Shown here one piece after another: positions 20,393 through 30,067 of a DNA stretch of 64,000 nucleotides; the stretch's first letter is position 1; each line of letters begins with the position of its first letter. Made by a program: the position numbers and the translations under genes. Below the pieces are notes generated by a model. The model was not told the origin of the DNA. It saw only the letters and a list, made by a program, of their open reading frames with translations, and made no database searches. The DNA is from an uncultured Acidobacteriota bacterium (GTDB taxonomy: Bacteria; Acidobacteriota; UBA6911; RPQK01; JAPXNP01): the NCBI GenBank assembly GCA_963777605.1, contig CAVZRV010000007.1:704001-768000 (forward strand), in the 5' to 3' direction.

Positions 20393-20393
20393 C

Positions 20394-21299
20394 GTGCCTA
20401 ACGCCGTTGACGTCGATGGCGCTCTCGTTGTCGACAAACCTTCCGGTCCGACTTCCCACGACATTGTCGCTCTCGCCCGCCGATCGATTGGCTGCAAAAC
20501 CGGGCACACCGGGACTCTCGATCCAGCCGCGACCGGGGTGCTGGTGTTGCTTCTCGGCCGGGCAACCCGCCTCTCCCAGTTCATGCTGACTTCCGACAAG
20601 GAGTACCTGGCGTGGATTCGACTGGGGATCGTCACCGACACCTATGACGCGGATGGGCGCATCCTCGAGGAACATCCTGTGCCGCAAATCTCTGGGGAGG
20701 AAGCTGAGCAGGCTCTTTCACCCTTTCGAGGGGCAATCCTGCAGGTTCCCCCGATGTACTCGGCAATCAAGGTCGGTGGCGAACCCCTTTACAAGGCTGC
20801 CCGCCGCTCTGAGGAGGTGGACCGGCCGGCCCGTGAAATCACTGTCTACGGCCTGATCCTGGAAGAGCAAGCCAGCGACCGCTGGCAACTGAGAATCCAT
20901 TGCTCCTCGGGCACCTATATTCGGAGCATTGCACACGATCTGGGCCGGGCTCTCGGTTGCGGAGCACGGCTCGAGCAGCTACGACGAATACGGTCTGGAC
21001 CATTTTCAATCGAACGGGCGATTTCGGTGGATTCGATCCGAGAGAGCTGGCACCAGGGACTGGTTCCACTGGACGGACTGCTGCCCGATTTCCCCGAGGT
21101 GGCTCTGGACCGTGAACAGGCGCGCCGAGTAGTCAACGGGAACCCGATCCGACTTACTGGTCCGGAGGGGAACTGGAGGGAGAACGAGGGATGCGTCCGG
21201 CTCACCTATGCCGGCCGGGTGATCGCGGTTGGAGACGCCGGCGACGACACAGTTAAGCCCCGGATCGTGCTGCGGCAGGAACTGGAAATGAATCTCTGA
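20394..21299 (+). CDS. truB: tRNA pseudouridine(55) synthase TruB
   Basis: VDKPSGPTSHD, GHTGTLDPAATG, QVPPMYSAIKVGG, CSSGTYIRS. Start at GTG 20394. Confidence 0.96.
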   Translation: MPNAVDVDGALVVDKPSGPTSHDIVALARRSIGCKTGHTGTLDPAATGVLVLLLGRATRLSQFMLTSDKEYLAWIRLGIVTDTYDADGRILEEHPVPQISGEEAEQALSPFRGAILQVPPMYSAIKVGGEPLYKAARRSEEVDRPAREITVYGLILEEQASDRWQLRIHCSSGTYIRSIAHDLGRALGCGARLEQLRRIRSGPFSIERAISVDSIRESWHQGLVPLDGLLPDFPEVALDREQARRVVNGNPIRLTGPEGNWRENEGCVRLTYAGRVIAVGDAGDDTVKPRIVLRQELEMNL

Positions 21300-21419
21300 T
21301 TCGGTCCTCCGGACTCGGTCCCGGAATACCCTCGCGGAGCACTTCCTCGAATGGACTTTGAATGGCAGACTCGCTATGATGCGGTCTTTCACTGAAAACC
21401 AGAGGATCGGAAATACTCC

Positions 21420-21689
21420 ATGTTCTTTCGAAAAGGACTCTCCGGCAGTTCCGGCAAGCTGCAACTCCCACGTACCTCCGAAATCAAGACCCGGCGAGTC
21501 GTGCGGATCGGCCGAAACGACCCGTGCCCATGCGGGAGTGGGAAAAAGTACAAGCAGTGCCATGAGGCAGAGGGGGACCTTTTCCTGTCGCGACTGGCCC
21601 GGCAGCAGGAAATGGAACGCCGCGAACAGGAAGAACGCCAGGCGGGCGTTCCCTGGTTCAAACGGGCGCTCCATCGCCTCGTAGGCTAG
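21420..21689 (+). CDS. Small SEC-C motif (zinc-binding) protein
   Basis: [19 protein letters not shown]; upstream TATGAT -10-like box near 21375. Confidence 0.85.
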   Translation: MFFRKGLSGSSGKLQLPRTSEIKTRRVVRIGRNDPCPCGSGKKYKQCHEAEGDLFLSRLARQQEMERREQEERQAGVPWFKRALHRLVG

Positions 21690-22541
21690 TCAAAAATCGG
21701 CATCCCCTTGTTCGTGGAACTGGCGGATCAGATCCCAGGCTTCCCGGGGCGAATCGGTGTAACGGACCAGTTCCAGGTGCTTGTCGTCGATCGAGCCCTC
21801 ATCCGCAAGAAACCGGAAGTTGATCACCTGGTCCCAGTACTCCCGGCCGAACAGGATGATCGGGATCTCCTGCATTCGATGTGTCTGCCGCAGGGTGAGC
21901 CCGTCGAAGAGCTCATCGATGGTCCCGAAGCCACCCGGGAAGATTACCAGTGCGCGCGCCCGCAGGAGAAAGTGCATCTTCCGCAGAGCAAAATAGTGGA
22001 ACTGGAAACAGAGTCCCGGAGTGATGTAGGGATTCGGACGCTGTTCGGACGGCAAAGTGATGTTGAGCCCGATTGATTGTGCTCCGGCATCGTAGGCGCC
22101 CCGGTTTGCCGCTTCCATGATTCCGGGCCCGCCACCGGTCACGATCACGTATCGGTGATTCTCGCCTCCCTTGGCATCTCCTGCCACGATAGAGGCAAAC
22201 TCACGAGCCTTGTCGTAGAAGTGGCTCTTGTCAAGAATCCGCTTCGCGATTTCGACTTCCCGGGCCAGGCTGGCGTTCTGGGGAAAGGCCTCGTGGGCCT
22301 CCTTCGCCCGCTTCAGGCGCAACTCTGCCCGGTGCTTCTCGACGATCTGCGTCCCCCCAAAAACCACGATCGTCGAGTTGATGCCCTGCTCAGCGAAGAA
22401 TATCTCAGGTTTCAGCAGTTCCAGTTGCATTCGCACGGGGCGTAACTCGTCCCGTGCGAGAAATTCGATGTCTTTCTCTACGATCCGGTAACTTGGCGAA
22501 GTGAGAATGGCCGTCAGTCGCTCGTCGATGGTCTTTGGCAT
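21690..22541 (-). CDS. LOG family protein (nucleotide monophosphate phosphoribohydrolase-like)
   Basis: TGGGPGIMEAANRGA, FHYFALRK, PGGFGTIDE. Confidence 0.92.
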   Translation of the reverse strand: MPKTIDERLTAILTSPSYRIVEKDIEFLARDELRPVRMQLELLKPEIFFAEQGINSTIVVFGGTQIVEKHRAELRLKRAKEAHEAFPQNASLAREVEIAKRILDKSHFYDKAREFASIVAGDAKGGENHRYVIVTGGGPGIMEAANRGAYDAGAQSIGLNITLPSEQRPNPYITPGLCFQFHYFALRKMHFLLRARALVIFPGGFGTIDELFDGLTLRQTHRMQEIPIILFGREYWDQVINFRFLADEGSIDDKHLELVRYTDSPREAWDLIRQFHEQGDADF

Positions 22542-22615
22542 GATTCGCTTTCCCGGTTGTCTGGTTAAACAGGGCTCGAAGAGGGGACCGTCCCCTTCCG
22601 GGTCGCCTGATCGGG

Positions 22616-25321
22616 CTAAAAGGTTACGGTAAGGACTTCTTCCGGCCCGGAAGGCGCCTTCAGTCCATTGATCACTTTCAATTTCCCAACGTCCGGATCT
22701 CCCACCCGCACCGTGTAACTGCCCGGATGGAAGACCCAGGGACGAAACGTGGGAGTCCCTGAGCGCAGCACGTAAACAAGTTCTCCGCCAACATCGTCAT
22801 AGACCTGGATGACAGGCTCGTCAATGCCCTCCACCTGTACGACCGGCAGGTAGGCAACCGGCTCGCGGGCGTAGTTGTCTTCAATCGAGATGGTCTTGGG
22901 CCACCCAGGATACTGCACGGTATCGGGATCACCTGGCTGGGCATAACGGGGCCAACACTCCATCGTGATGGTACGGCTGGATCGGTCGAACCGAATCAAC
23001 CCATAGCCCGGGGAACGGTCGTGCAAAACCCGGGGCTCGTGGCCGGACTCCACCGGATTTGAGACCGCCCAAACGGTCACCCGGTTCCCGAATCCATCTT
23101 TGAACCGCCCTGTGTACTCCGGCATTCCCGGCTCGCGGTCCGCCCCTGGGTGAGGCGGGTACCAGCGGCGGGGCCAGAGATTTGCGACCGACGGAACACA
23201 AAAGGAAAACCCGGCGTCATCCCAGTCATCCACCCCGTGGTGAACGATACTCGCCAGGTGCTGGTCTCCGCCAATCATGAAAGTAAACCCGCGCCTCAAC
23301 TCCCGGAGGGCCCGATCCCTCCCCGACCTGGGCCAACCATTGGAATCCATGTCTCCCGACAGTTCGTAACCTGGAGGGACGACGCCCTGCGGATAAACCT
23401 GCAATTCGCCGGCACCTTCATCCGTCTTGAATTCAGACGGGTAGGTAGAAATGGCAGCCAGAATTGTCTGTGAAAGGGCGACCTTGGCCCAAGTCCCCTT
23501 CCAGTCCAGAATCCATTTCGCGAGGAAGCGTTCCTGCCTTTGCCCGAGCAGTTCGGCTCCCGGGACGTCTGAATTCAAGAGGTCGTAGCCTTCGGCCTGG
23601 GCAAATCCGTTGACGACCTTTGCGTCCGGAAGCAGAACCGCCGGCGCAGATTTGAATTTCCGGTCCTCGAGAATTGCAAAGCTGATCCCGCCGTATGTCA
23701 TGCTCGTGAAGTAGACACCGATTCCCTGCTCGACCGGGGCAGGATCGACGGGAGCCGGCAAGTGACTGGTCTGGGTCCGCTGGACAAGGTTGACGAACTC
23801 GGGCGACATTACATAGCCACCTCCATCCTGCCGCCAGTTCCCCTCGAAGCCCTTGTAGTATTCGGGGTATTTGCCGTCCGGTGGGTTGGGGCGGGCCGCT
23901 CTCCCTCCGGCACCCCAGACGTTGCCGTGATAGACGTCGTGGTCATCCGGGAGGCAAACCGAGGGAGCGCTCCTGGTCAAATCCTGGTAGGCCCAGCACC
24001 ACATCAGCCACTTGTACAGGTAGTCCAGTTCCGAGTCGGTCCCTCCTCGCCGGTCGGGAGGGGTCGGCCTGGACTCGTAAACCTGGTCGCCTGTGAAGAC
24101 AAGCAGGTCGGGTTTTTCCGACGCGACGTGGGCAACCAGGTCCGAATGGGGGAACCAGATCCGGTTCCGGGCAAACGAGAATTCCTTTCCGAAAGATCCG
24201 TGAGTGTTGCTGTTACCGGTAAACGCCGCGACCACGAGTTGTCCGGTTGGGCGCGGGTCCGCTGGAACCCTGCCCTCAAAGTAGTGGTCGCGGGCCTCCC
24301 CGTCCCGGCCTCGGAGAGGATAGATCAGCCTGAATCGATGAGGCTTCGAGTCATCCCAGTTCTCCACGTGAAAGGATGCTGTCCAGCCAGGGACCATCAA
24401 CTCCGCTTCTCCTGCCGGCTTCCATCCAGTTCCTGCTTCCGGCTCGACTTCGAGACGAACCCTTCGCGAGTCCTCGAATCCCACCGGGGGAAGCTGGGCA
24501 GTCAGATTGAGCACTCCCTTGCTCAACGTAAAAAGGGAAGCGAAGATCGGCCCTACTGCCCGGCTATTGACGACTTCGAACTTGGAACCCTCGGCGGTCC
24601 AGTCACGGAACCAGAACGACTCTCCGCTCTCGGAGGCCGCACCATTGGCGATTAAAGCGACGTTTCCGGTCAATCGATCGCTGGAAACACCCGAGATGGT
24701 CCCTTCCTGGAGTCGTTCCCCGGTTCGATTGTCATACACGGCCAGGGTAATGGAGTATGCTCCCTGGTCCGGTCTGGCGAAGAGTTCGAGCCGGAGATCC
24801 TCGCTGCCGCTGCGTGGGAAGGTCCGACCATCCAGGGACGCCGGCCGCAGGAACTGGAGATCGCTCTCGTTGTCGTAAAAGCAGATATGTCCTTCGCCGT
24901 CGATCGCCGCGATGAGTCCGCCTCCCGGACCCGAGCCGAGGTGAACCAGGGACCTCGCCCGGTAGTCGAGGTCGATCCCGCCGGCCCCGAGCAGGAAACC
25001 GTTCCAACTCTGCCGGTCGAGTTGCTGATTCCCCATCAACCCTGTGCGCACCGTCATTTTGATGTCACCGGTCCGGGTGCTCAATTCCCGCGTCAGGAGG
25101 TGTACCGTACGCATTGGGAGTCGCCCGTCGGAACACTCGATTCGGCCGTCGCTGAGCTGCCAGTCCTGGAGCCGGTTCGCCCAGAACTCCGGCCCGATCC
25201 AACATCGATGGGTACCGCCCGGGAGGTCGGCCTCGAATCGAAACAGGTTTCTCTCGGTGCAGGAGAGCTGCAATCCGATCAACCCGCACAAGACCCAGAC
25301 TCGCGTTACCATCATTCTCAC
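22616..25321 (-). CDS. PhoD-like metallophosphoesterase lipoprotein with a large N-terminal extension
   Basis: Lipobox LQLSC; TGDQVYE, PDDHDVYHGN, LEDRKFKS, LLGQRQERFL, DMDSNGWP, GDQH. Confidence 0.8.
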   Translation of the reverse strand: MRMMVTRVWVLCGLIGLQLSCTERNLFRFEADLPGGTHRCWIGPEFWANRLQDWQLSDGRIECSDGRLPMRTVHLLTRELSTRTGDIKMTVRTGLMGNQQLDRQSWNGFLLGAGGIDLDYRARSLVHLGSGPGGGLIAAIDGEGHICFYDNESDLQFLRPASLDGRTFPRSGSEDLRLELFARPDQGAYSITLAVYDNRTGERLQEGTISGVSSDRLTGNVALIANGAASESGESFWFRDWTAEGSKFEVVNSRAVGPIFASLFTLSKGVLNLTAQLPPVGFEDSRRVRLEVEPEAGTGWKPAGEAELMVPGWTASFHVENWDDSKPHRFRLIYPLRGRDGEARDHYFEGRVPADPRPTGQLVVAAFTGNSNTHGSFGKEFSFARNRIWFPHSDLVAHVASEKPDLLVFTGDQVYESRPTPPDRRGGTDSELDYLYKWLMWCWAYQDLTRSAPSVCLPDDHDVYHGNVWGAGGRAARPNPPDGKYPEYYKGFEGNWRQDGGGYVMSPEFVNLVQRTQTSHLPAPVDPAPVEQGIGVYFTSMTYGGISFAILEDRKFKSAPAVLLPDAKVVNGFAQAEGYDLLNSDVPGAELLGQRQERFLAKWILDWKGTWAKVALSQTILAAISTYPSEFKTDEGAGELQVYPQGVVPPGYELSGDMDSNGWPRSGRDRALRELRRGFTFMIGGDQHLASIVHHGVDDWDDAGFSFCVPSVANLWPRRWYPPHPGADREPGMPEYTGRFKDGFGNRVTVWAVSNPVESGHEPRVLHDRSPGYGLIRFDRSSRTITMECWPRYAQPGDPDTVQYPGWPKTISIEDNYAREPVAYLPVVQVEGIDEPVIQVYDDVGGELVYVLRSGTPTFRPWVFHPGSYTVRVGDPDVGKLKVINGLKAPSGPEEVLTVTF

Positions 25322-25344
25322 GTTTACTCAATCCTCCCGGAAGC

Positions 25345-26715
25345 CTACAGCGACCAGGGCTTCCGATATTCGTAGTGGAGCAACTCGTTGGCGCCAACCG
25401 GATCGACGATCCGCTCGTGATGAGCATCCCACTCAATCCGCTGTCCCGTGACCAGGGCGATGTTGGCGAGGTGGGCGTAGGTCGTCGAACGATGTCCCTC
25501 TGCAATCGGGCAGGCCGGAGCCCGACGACTCTTCAGGCAGTCCAGGAAATTTCGGACGTGTGCGATCGTGGGATCGCCCTGCTCGACGGACACCTCATCG
25601 GGCCGGCATTTCAGTTCAGGAGGCTGAAACTGGCCGCCGGGCGAGGGAACAATCCGGTATCCGGCTCCCGACTCGTAGGCCGGGGTAGAGTAGAGGTTCC
25701 CAAGGGTTCCCCGCAACTCGACCTCGCCCCCTTCCAGGGCTTCGCCACCGCTCGCCTCGTACTGGCCGAAAACCAGGATCCTCTTCGAAGAAAACTCGTA
25801 GGTGACTTCCATCGTGTCCGGGATGGTCCGGTCATCGTCGACGGCATACTTTCCCCCGTGTGCGGAAATCCATCGCGGCGTCTCTTCGCCAAGCATCCAC
25901 CGGATTGCGTCGAAATAATGGACTCCCCAGTTCCCGACCTGGGATGAGTAGTCCCCCCACCATCGGAAACGGTAGGGGTGGATGTTCTCCTGGAAAGGAC
26001 GCCATTCTCTCGGGCCCAACCAGCTATCCCAGTCGAAGTCTTTCGGAGGTTCTGTCGGCTGCTTCCTGCCGATTCCCGAAGGGTACATGTTGCTCACGTG
26101 ATAAGCCCGCGCGACGCTGACGTGCCCAATTCGTCCTCCCTGGATCAACGGAGGCAGGTTCATGTAAACCGGAGAAGATCGGCGCTGCAGTCCCACCTGC
26201 ACAACCCGGCCCGTGCGTTCCGCCGTCGCGACCATCTTTCGGCCTTCGGCGATGGTGGCCGTCAAGGGTTTTTCAACATAGACGTCTTTGCCGCTTTCGC
26301 AGGCCGCTATCATCTGGAGGGCATGCCAGTGATCCGGCGTGGCGATGACCACGGCATCGATATCCTTACGATCGAGAAGCTCCCTGAAATCCCGGTAGCG
26401 GGCGACAGAATCAGGAAGATTCTCGTCCATCCGGGGAATCCTGCCTCCCAGTTCCTGAAGCCACTGCCGGCTGACCCGGCTGCGGTCCCGATAGAGGTAG
26501 GGCTCGTAGAGGTCACACAAGGCGGCGACTTCCACCTCGGGAAATCCCAGAAAGACGTCGAGCAACTGGCTCCCCCGGTTGCCGACCCCGATGAATCCCA
26601 CTCGGATACGGTCGTTCGCACCGAAACCGGCGGACCTTCCCGCGGTTATGCCGACGCCCAGTCCGGCGGCAACCGAGGTTTCAAGAAATCGTCTGCGATT
26701 AGTCTTCGTAGTCAC
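25345..26715 (-). CDS. Tat-exported Gfo/Idh/MocA oxidoreductase
   Basis: NRRRFL twin-arginine signal, ANDRIRVGFIGVGNRG, ATPDHWH, YVEKP, GVHYFD. Start at GTG 26715 after GGAGGT. Confidence 0.92.
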   Translation of the reverse strand: MTTKTNRRRFLETSVAAGLGVGITAGRSAGFGANDRIRVGFIGVGNRGSQLLDVFLGFPEVEVAALCDLYEPYLYRDRSRVSRQWLQELGGRIPRMDENLPDSVARYRDFRELLDRKDIDAVVIATPDHWHALQMIAACESGKDVYVEKPLTATIAEGRKMVATAERTGRVVQVGLQRRSSPVYMNLPPLIQGGRIGHVSVARAYHVSNMYPSGIGRKQPTEPPKDFDWDSWLGPREWRPFQENIHPYRFRWWGDYSSQVGNWGVHYFDAIRWMLGEETPRWISAHGGKYAVDDDRTIPDTMEVTYEFSSKRILVFGQYEASGGEALEGGEVELRGTLGNLYSTPAYESGAGYRIVPSPGGQFQPPELKCRPDEVSVEQGDPTIAHVRNFLDCLKSRRAPACPIAEGHRSTTYAHLANIALVTGQRIEWDAHHERIVDPVGANELLHYEYRKPWSL

Positions 26716-26749
26716 GACACACCTCCGGTCCAGGCTGACGACGCATCTA

Positions 26750-27205
26750 TCAGCCGGTTTGCTTGGTCCAGCCGGACGACGGCCTCGACAATATGAGTCC
26801 GACAAGAGCCAAAAGCATGAATGGAACAGTCGCCGCCGAAGCTCCCCTGAGCAGAGCCAACAGGAACCCGATAATCGCAATGCTCTCGAACAGGGCGCAC
26901 CGCAACAAGAGCATCACCAGGGCAAACTGCTGAAGATTCTGCTGTTCGTTGAGCCCGTCGGATCTGGGCTCGAGAAACCGACTCAACTGGGTGGCCACTA
27001 TGAAGATGACCACGGCCGCCAGAGCAAAGACAAGCACAAGGGGATCCGACAATGAGACCGACACGCCTTCCCGGTCGGCGGGCACGGCAAGCCGAGCCGC
27101 AACCCAGGCGAGGACGCCCAGAATCACGGGGGTCGGAAGAAAGGCTATCCAGAGAATCTGAAGCAACCTGGCAGAATTTGAGTTCTGAACGTTCACTTCA
27201 CCCAC
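26750..27205 (-). CDS. Hypothetical membrane protein (about 4 TM helices)
   Basis: Four hydrophobic stretches, ALFESIAIIG motif; fills the intergenic gap. Confidence 0.7.
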   Translation of the reverse strand: MGEVNVQNSNSARLLQILWIAFLPTPVILGVLAWVAARLAVPADREGVSVSLSDPLVLVFALAAVVIFIVATQLSRFLEPRSDGLNEQQNLQQFALVMLLLRCALFESIAIIGFLLALLRGASAATVPFMLLALVGLILSRPSSGWTKQTG

Positions 27206-27340
27206 CCCTCAGTTCTTGCAGCGAACCACCCCTTCGCGACCTGCCCCAGGAAACGCTTGGCTTCAACTCCAGTTTAGGATAGCGCCGATACTTCACTCCG
27301 GCAAACAGGCCCTCGCCTGCTTGCTGTACAATCGTGCTCA

Positions 27341-27862
27341 ATGGAAGACCTGAGATATCCCGTCGGCAAATTCAAGTTTGATCCTGACATCACTCCCGAA
27401 AAGCGGCGCCAATGGATCGACGCCGTTGGCAGTGCGGCGAACGCCCTCGAAGCGGCGGTTGATGGATTAACCGAAAATCAGCAGGACCTACCCTACCGCC
27501 CGGGCGGTTGGACGGTCCGACAGGTCATTCATCACATGGCCGACAGCCACATGAATGCCTTCATTCGGTTCAAGCTCGCCCTGACCGAGGACAGCCCGAC
27601 CATCAAGACGTACGACCAGGACGGCTGGGCCAACACGGCCGACTCGGCCGCGTCGATCAAACCTTCCCTGCAACTCGTCGCGGCGCTCCACGAGCGGTGG
27701 GTCTCGCTCCTTCAGTCGATGAAGGACGAGGACTTTCACAAGGCGCTCGTGCATCCCGAGATCGGCCAAATCGACCTCGACAAAACGCTCCAGATTTACG
27801 CCTGGCACGGAGGCCATCACGCGGCTCAGATCACGGCCCTCCGCCGGCGCGAAGGGATCTAG
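27341..27862 (+). CDS. yfiT: YfiT/BstA-type DinB-superfamily thiol S-transferase
   Basis: DLRYPVGKF, YRPGGWTVRQVIHHMADSHMNAFIRFKLALTE, LHERW, YAWHGGHH. Confidence 0.9.
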   Translation: MEDLRYPVGKFKFDPDITPEKRRQWIDAVGSAANALEAAVDGLTENQQDLPYRPGGWTVRQVIHHMADSHMNAFIRFKLALTEDSPTIKTYDQDGWANTADSAASIKPSLQLVAALHERWVSLLQSMKDEDFHKALVHPEIGQIDLDKTLQIYAWHGGHHAAQITALRRREGI

Positions 27863-27905
27863 TGTCCCCCTGCATGCACGACAGCTAATGTCCTGGGTCC
27901 CGATC

Positions 27906-28844
27906 CTACGGCGTCCGCTTCAGGTACTTGAGCAAATCACTGTCGGTCGTCAGGATGAGTGTGCTGTTCTCGTCGGCCGTCGTTTCATAGGTTTCCAGGC
28001 TTTTGAGGAACGTGTAAAAGGTCACATCCCGGTTATAGGCCTCGGCATACACGCCGGTAGCCGTTGCGTCGGCCTTGCCTCTCAACTCCTGTGCGGTTCG
28101 GTAGGCTTCCGACTGAATCTGCGCAAGGTCGCGTTCCCTCTCCCCGTGAATTCGGGCCGCTTCCCCCTCGCCCTCGGAGCGATACCGTTGCGCCACCCGC
28201 TTTCTTTCGGCAATCATCCGTTCGAAGACATCTCTCTGGACCTCGTCAACGTAGTTGATCCGCTTGAACCGGATGTCGATCAACTCGATTCCCAGGTCCG
28301 CGGCACGCTCCTGGGCGCGTGTCAGGATTTCCCGGGTGATTGCTTCGCGTCCCATCTGGATCTCCTCCAGGATGGCTCGTTCCTCATCCGACTCCACCGT
28401 GACTCCCTGTTCCTGCCGATTCGAGCTGCGCACGACTTCCACAAGGTTCTGCCGCGCAACGGCATTTCGAGTCTCTCCATCGAGGATGTCATCCAGGCGG
28501 GACTGGGCACCTCGTTCATCTCTGAGCCGTTGAAAGAATTTGAGCGGATCCGTGATCCTCCAGCGGGCGTAGGTATTGACCCAGATGAATCGCTTGTCCT
28601 TGGTCGGAACCTGGTTGGAATCACCATCCCACTCCAGGAATCGTTTCTCGAAAAAGTTTGCCTTCTGTATGAACGGCAACTTCACGTGAATCCCGGGTTG
28701 CGTGATCGGATCGCCAACCGGATCCCCGAACTGGGTGATGATCACCTGCTGGCTTTCAGAGATCGTGTACAAGGAACTGTTCAGAACCAGAAATACAAAG
28801 AAGGCCACCGCGAAAGCGGTCAAATTCCAGGCGCCGAATTTCAT
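27906..28844 (-). CDS. hflC: FtsH protease modulator HflC
   Basis: TM anchor, TQFGDP, WRITDPLKFF, RMIAER, FYTFLKSLETYE. Confidence 0.94.
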   Translation of the reverse strand: MKFGAWNLTAFAVAFFVFLVLNSSLYTISESQQVIITQFGDPVGDPITQPGIHVKLPFIQKANFFEKRFLEWDGDSNQVPTKDKRFIWVNTYARWRITDPLKFFQRLRDERGAQSRLDDILDGETRNAVARQNLVEVVRSSNRQEQGVTVESDEERAILEEIQMGREAITREILTRAQERAADLGIELIDIRFKRINYVDEVQRDVFERMIAERKRVAQRYRSEGEGEAARIHGERERDLAQIQSEAYRTAQELRGKADATATGVYAEAYNRDVTFYTFLKSLETYETTADENSTLILTTDSDLLKYLKRTP

Positions 28845-29857
28845 TGGTCACCCCCTGTCGGCTGGCTGGCTGGCGCGAGCTTTCTGAATGTATCCATGGG
28901 AAGGAGCGGAAGGACCCCGCTGGCACCGCTGTCAAGGAGGAGCTTCCCGCCGAGTTTGGGGACCACCTTCTGCATTGTTTCCAGGTAGAGTCGTTTGCGT
29001 GTCACCTCGGGAGCTCGCCGATAGGCCTCGTAGAGCGCTTTGAACCGGGCCGCATCACCTTCTGCCCGGTTCGTTCGTTCCAGGGCGTAACCTTCCGCCT
29101 GGAGCACCTGCTGCTGGGCTTCTCCCCGGGCCCTCGGGATGACTTCGTTGTAGGCGGCCTGGGCTTCGTTGATCAGCCGGTCCTTCTGCTGCTGAGCCTG
29201 GTTGACCTCGTCCCACGACGGCTTCACCGGGTCAGGGGGATTCACATCCTGGAGCACGACCTGATCGATCGTGATGCCGGTTTCGTATTGGTCGCAAAGC
29301 TCCTGCAGCAGTTGCTGGACGCTCACCTCGATCTCTTGCCGTCCCACCGTCAGGACCTCAGTCACAGTTCGATCGCCCACAACCTGCCGCATGGTTGCCT
29401 CGGTCATGTTTCGGAAAGTTTCCTCAACGTTTCGAACCCGGAAGAGGAACTTGAAAGGATCCGACACCCGATACTGGACGATCCACTCGACCACGGCGAC
29501 GTTCAGGTCACCGGTCAGCATGACCGACTCTCCGGCAAAACTGTCGTCTGAGTAGCGGGTCCGTACCCCTGCCTGCTCCGTACGAAACCCGAACTCCTGC
29601 TTCAACTGCCTTTGTACCGGAACCTTGAGCACATCCTCGATAAAAGGCACCTTCAAGTGCAGGCCGGGGTCGGTACTTCGAACGTATTTCCCAAACCTCA
29701 GGACGATACCAACTTCCTCCGGCTGAACCTGATAGAAACAGCCAAACAAGGTCACCAGAAGAATGAAGCCCACTGCGATCGCTGTAATCAGTCTTCCAGA
29801 AATCCGCGGAGGCCGGAATTCTCTCAGGTCAAACTCGAACACATTTCTCTTGTCCAT
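28841..29857 (-). CDS. hflK: FtsH protease modulator HflK
   Basis: VLRFGKY, MLTGDLN, LQDVNPPDPV, IPRARGEA, APEVTRKRLYLETM; 4-nt overlap with hflC. Confidence 0.94.
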   Translation of the reverse strand: MDKRNVFEFDLREFRPPRISGRLITAIAVGFILLVTLFGCFYQVQPEEVGIVLRFGKYVRSTDPGLHLKVPFIEDVLKVPVQRQLKQEFGFRTEQAGVRTRYSDDSFAGESVMLTGDLNVAVVEWIVQYRVSDPFKFLFRVRNVEETFRNMTEATMRQVVGDRTVTEVLTVGRQEIEVSVQQLLQELCDQYETGITIDQVVLQDVNPPDPVKPSWDEVNQAQQQKDRLINEAQAAYNEVIPRARGEAQQQVLQAEGYALERTNRAEGDAARFKALYEAYRRAPEVTRKRLYLETMQKVVPKLGGKLLLDSGASGVLPLLPMDTFRKLAPASQPTGGDQ

Positions 29858-30067
29858 CAGCCTCCCCAGTTTGGTGATTTACGGTGGTTGTCAACGTTGC
29901 CCTACCTGCATCCTAACGAACTGGCCCCGGCAATATCGCCCGAGCCGACTCTGGTCTGGTACGTATTTCCGCACGAAGTTATTCAATTTCAGCAAGGATC
30001 TGTATCGCAGTGCTCGCATTCGATAAGATAGAAGTGATCGGAAACCGATCTCGGGAAAGGAGGGGCT

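Noticed and set aside
27888-28988. Long antisense ORFs (here opposite hflC; also 47579-48562, 57187-58128, 10998-11873, 23762-24655, 56176-57057 and others)
   Set aside because: They mirror well-supported genes, lack motifs, and are expected from GC-rich codon usage.
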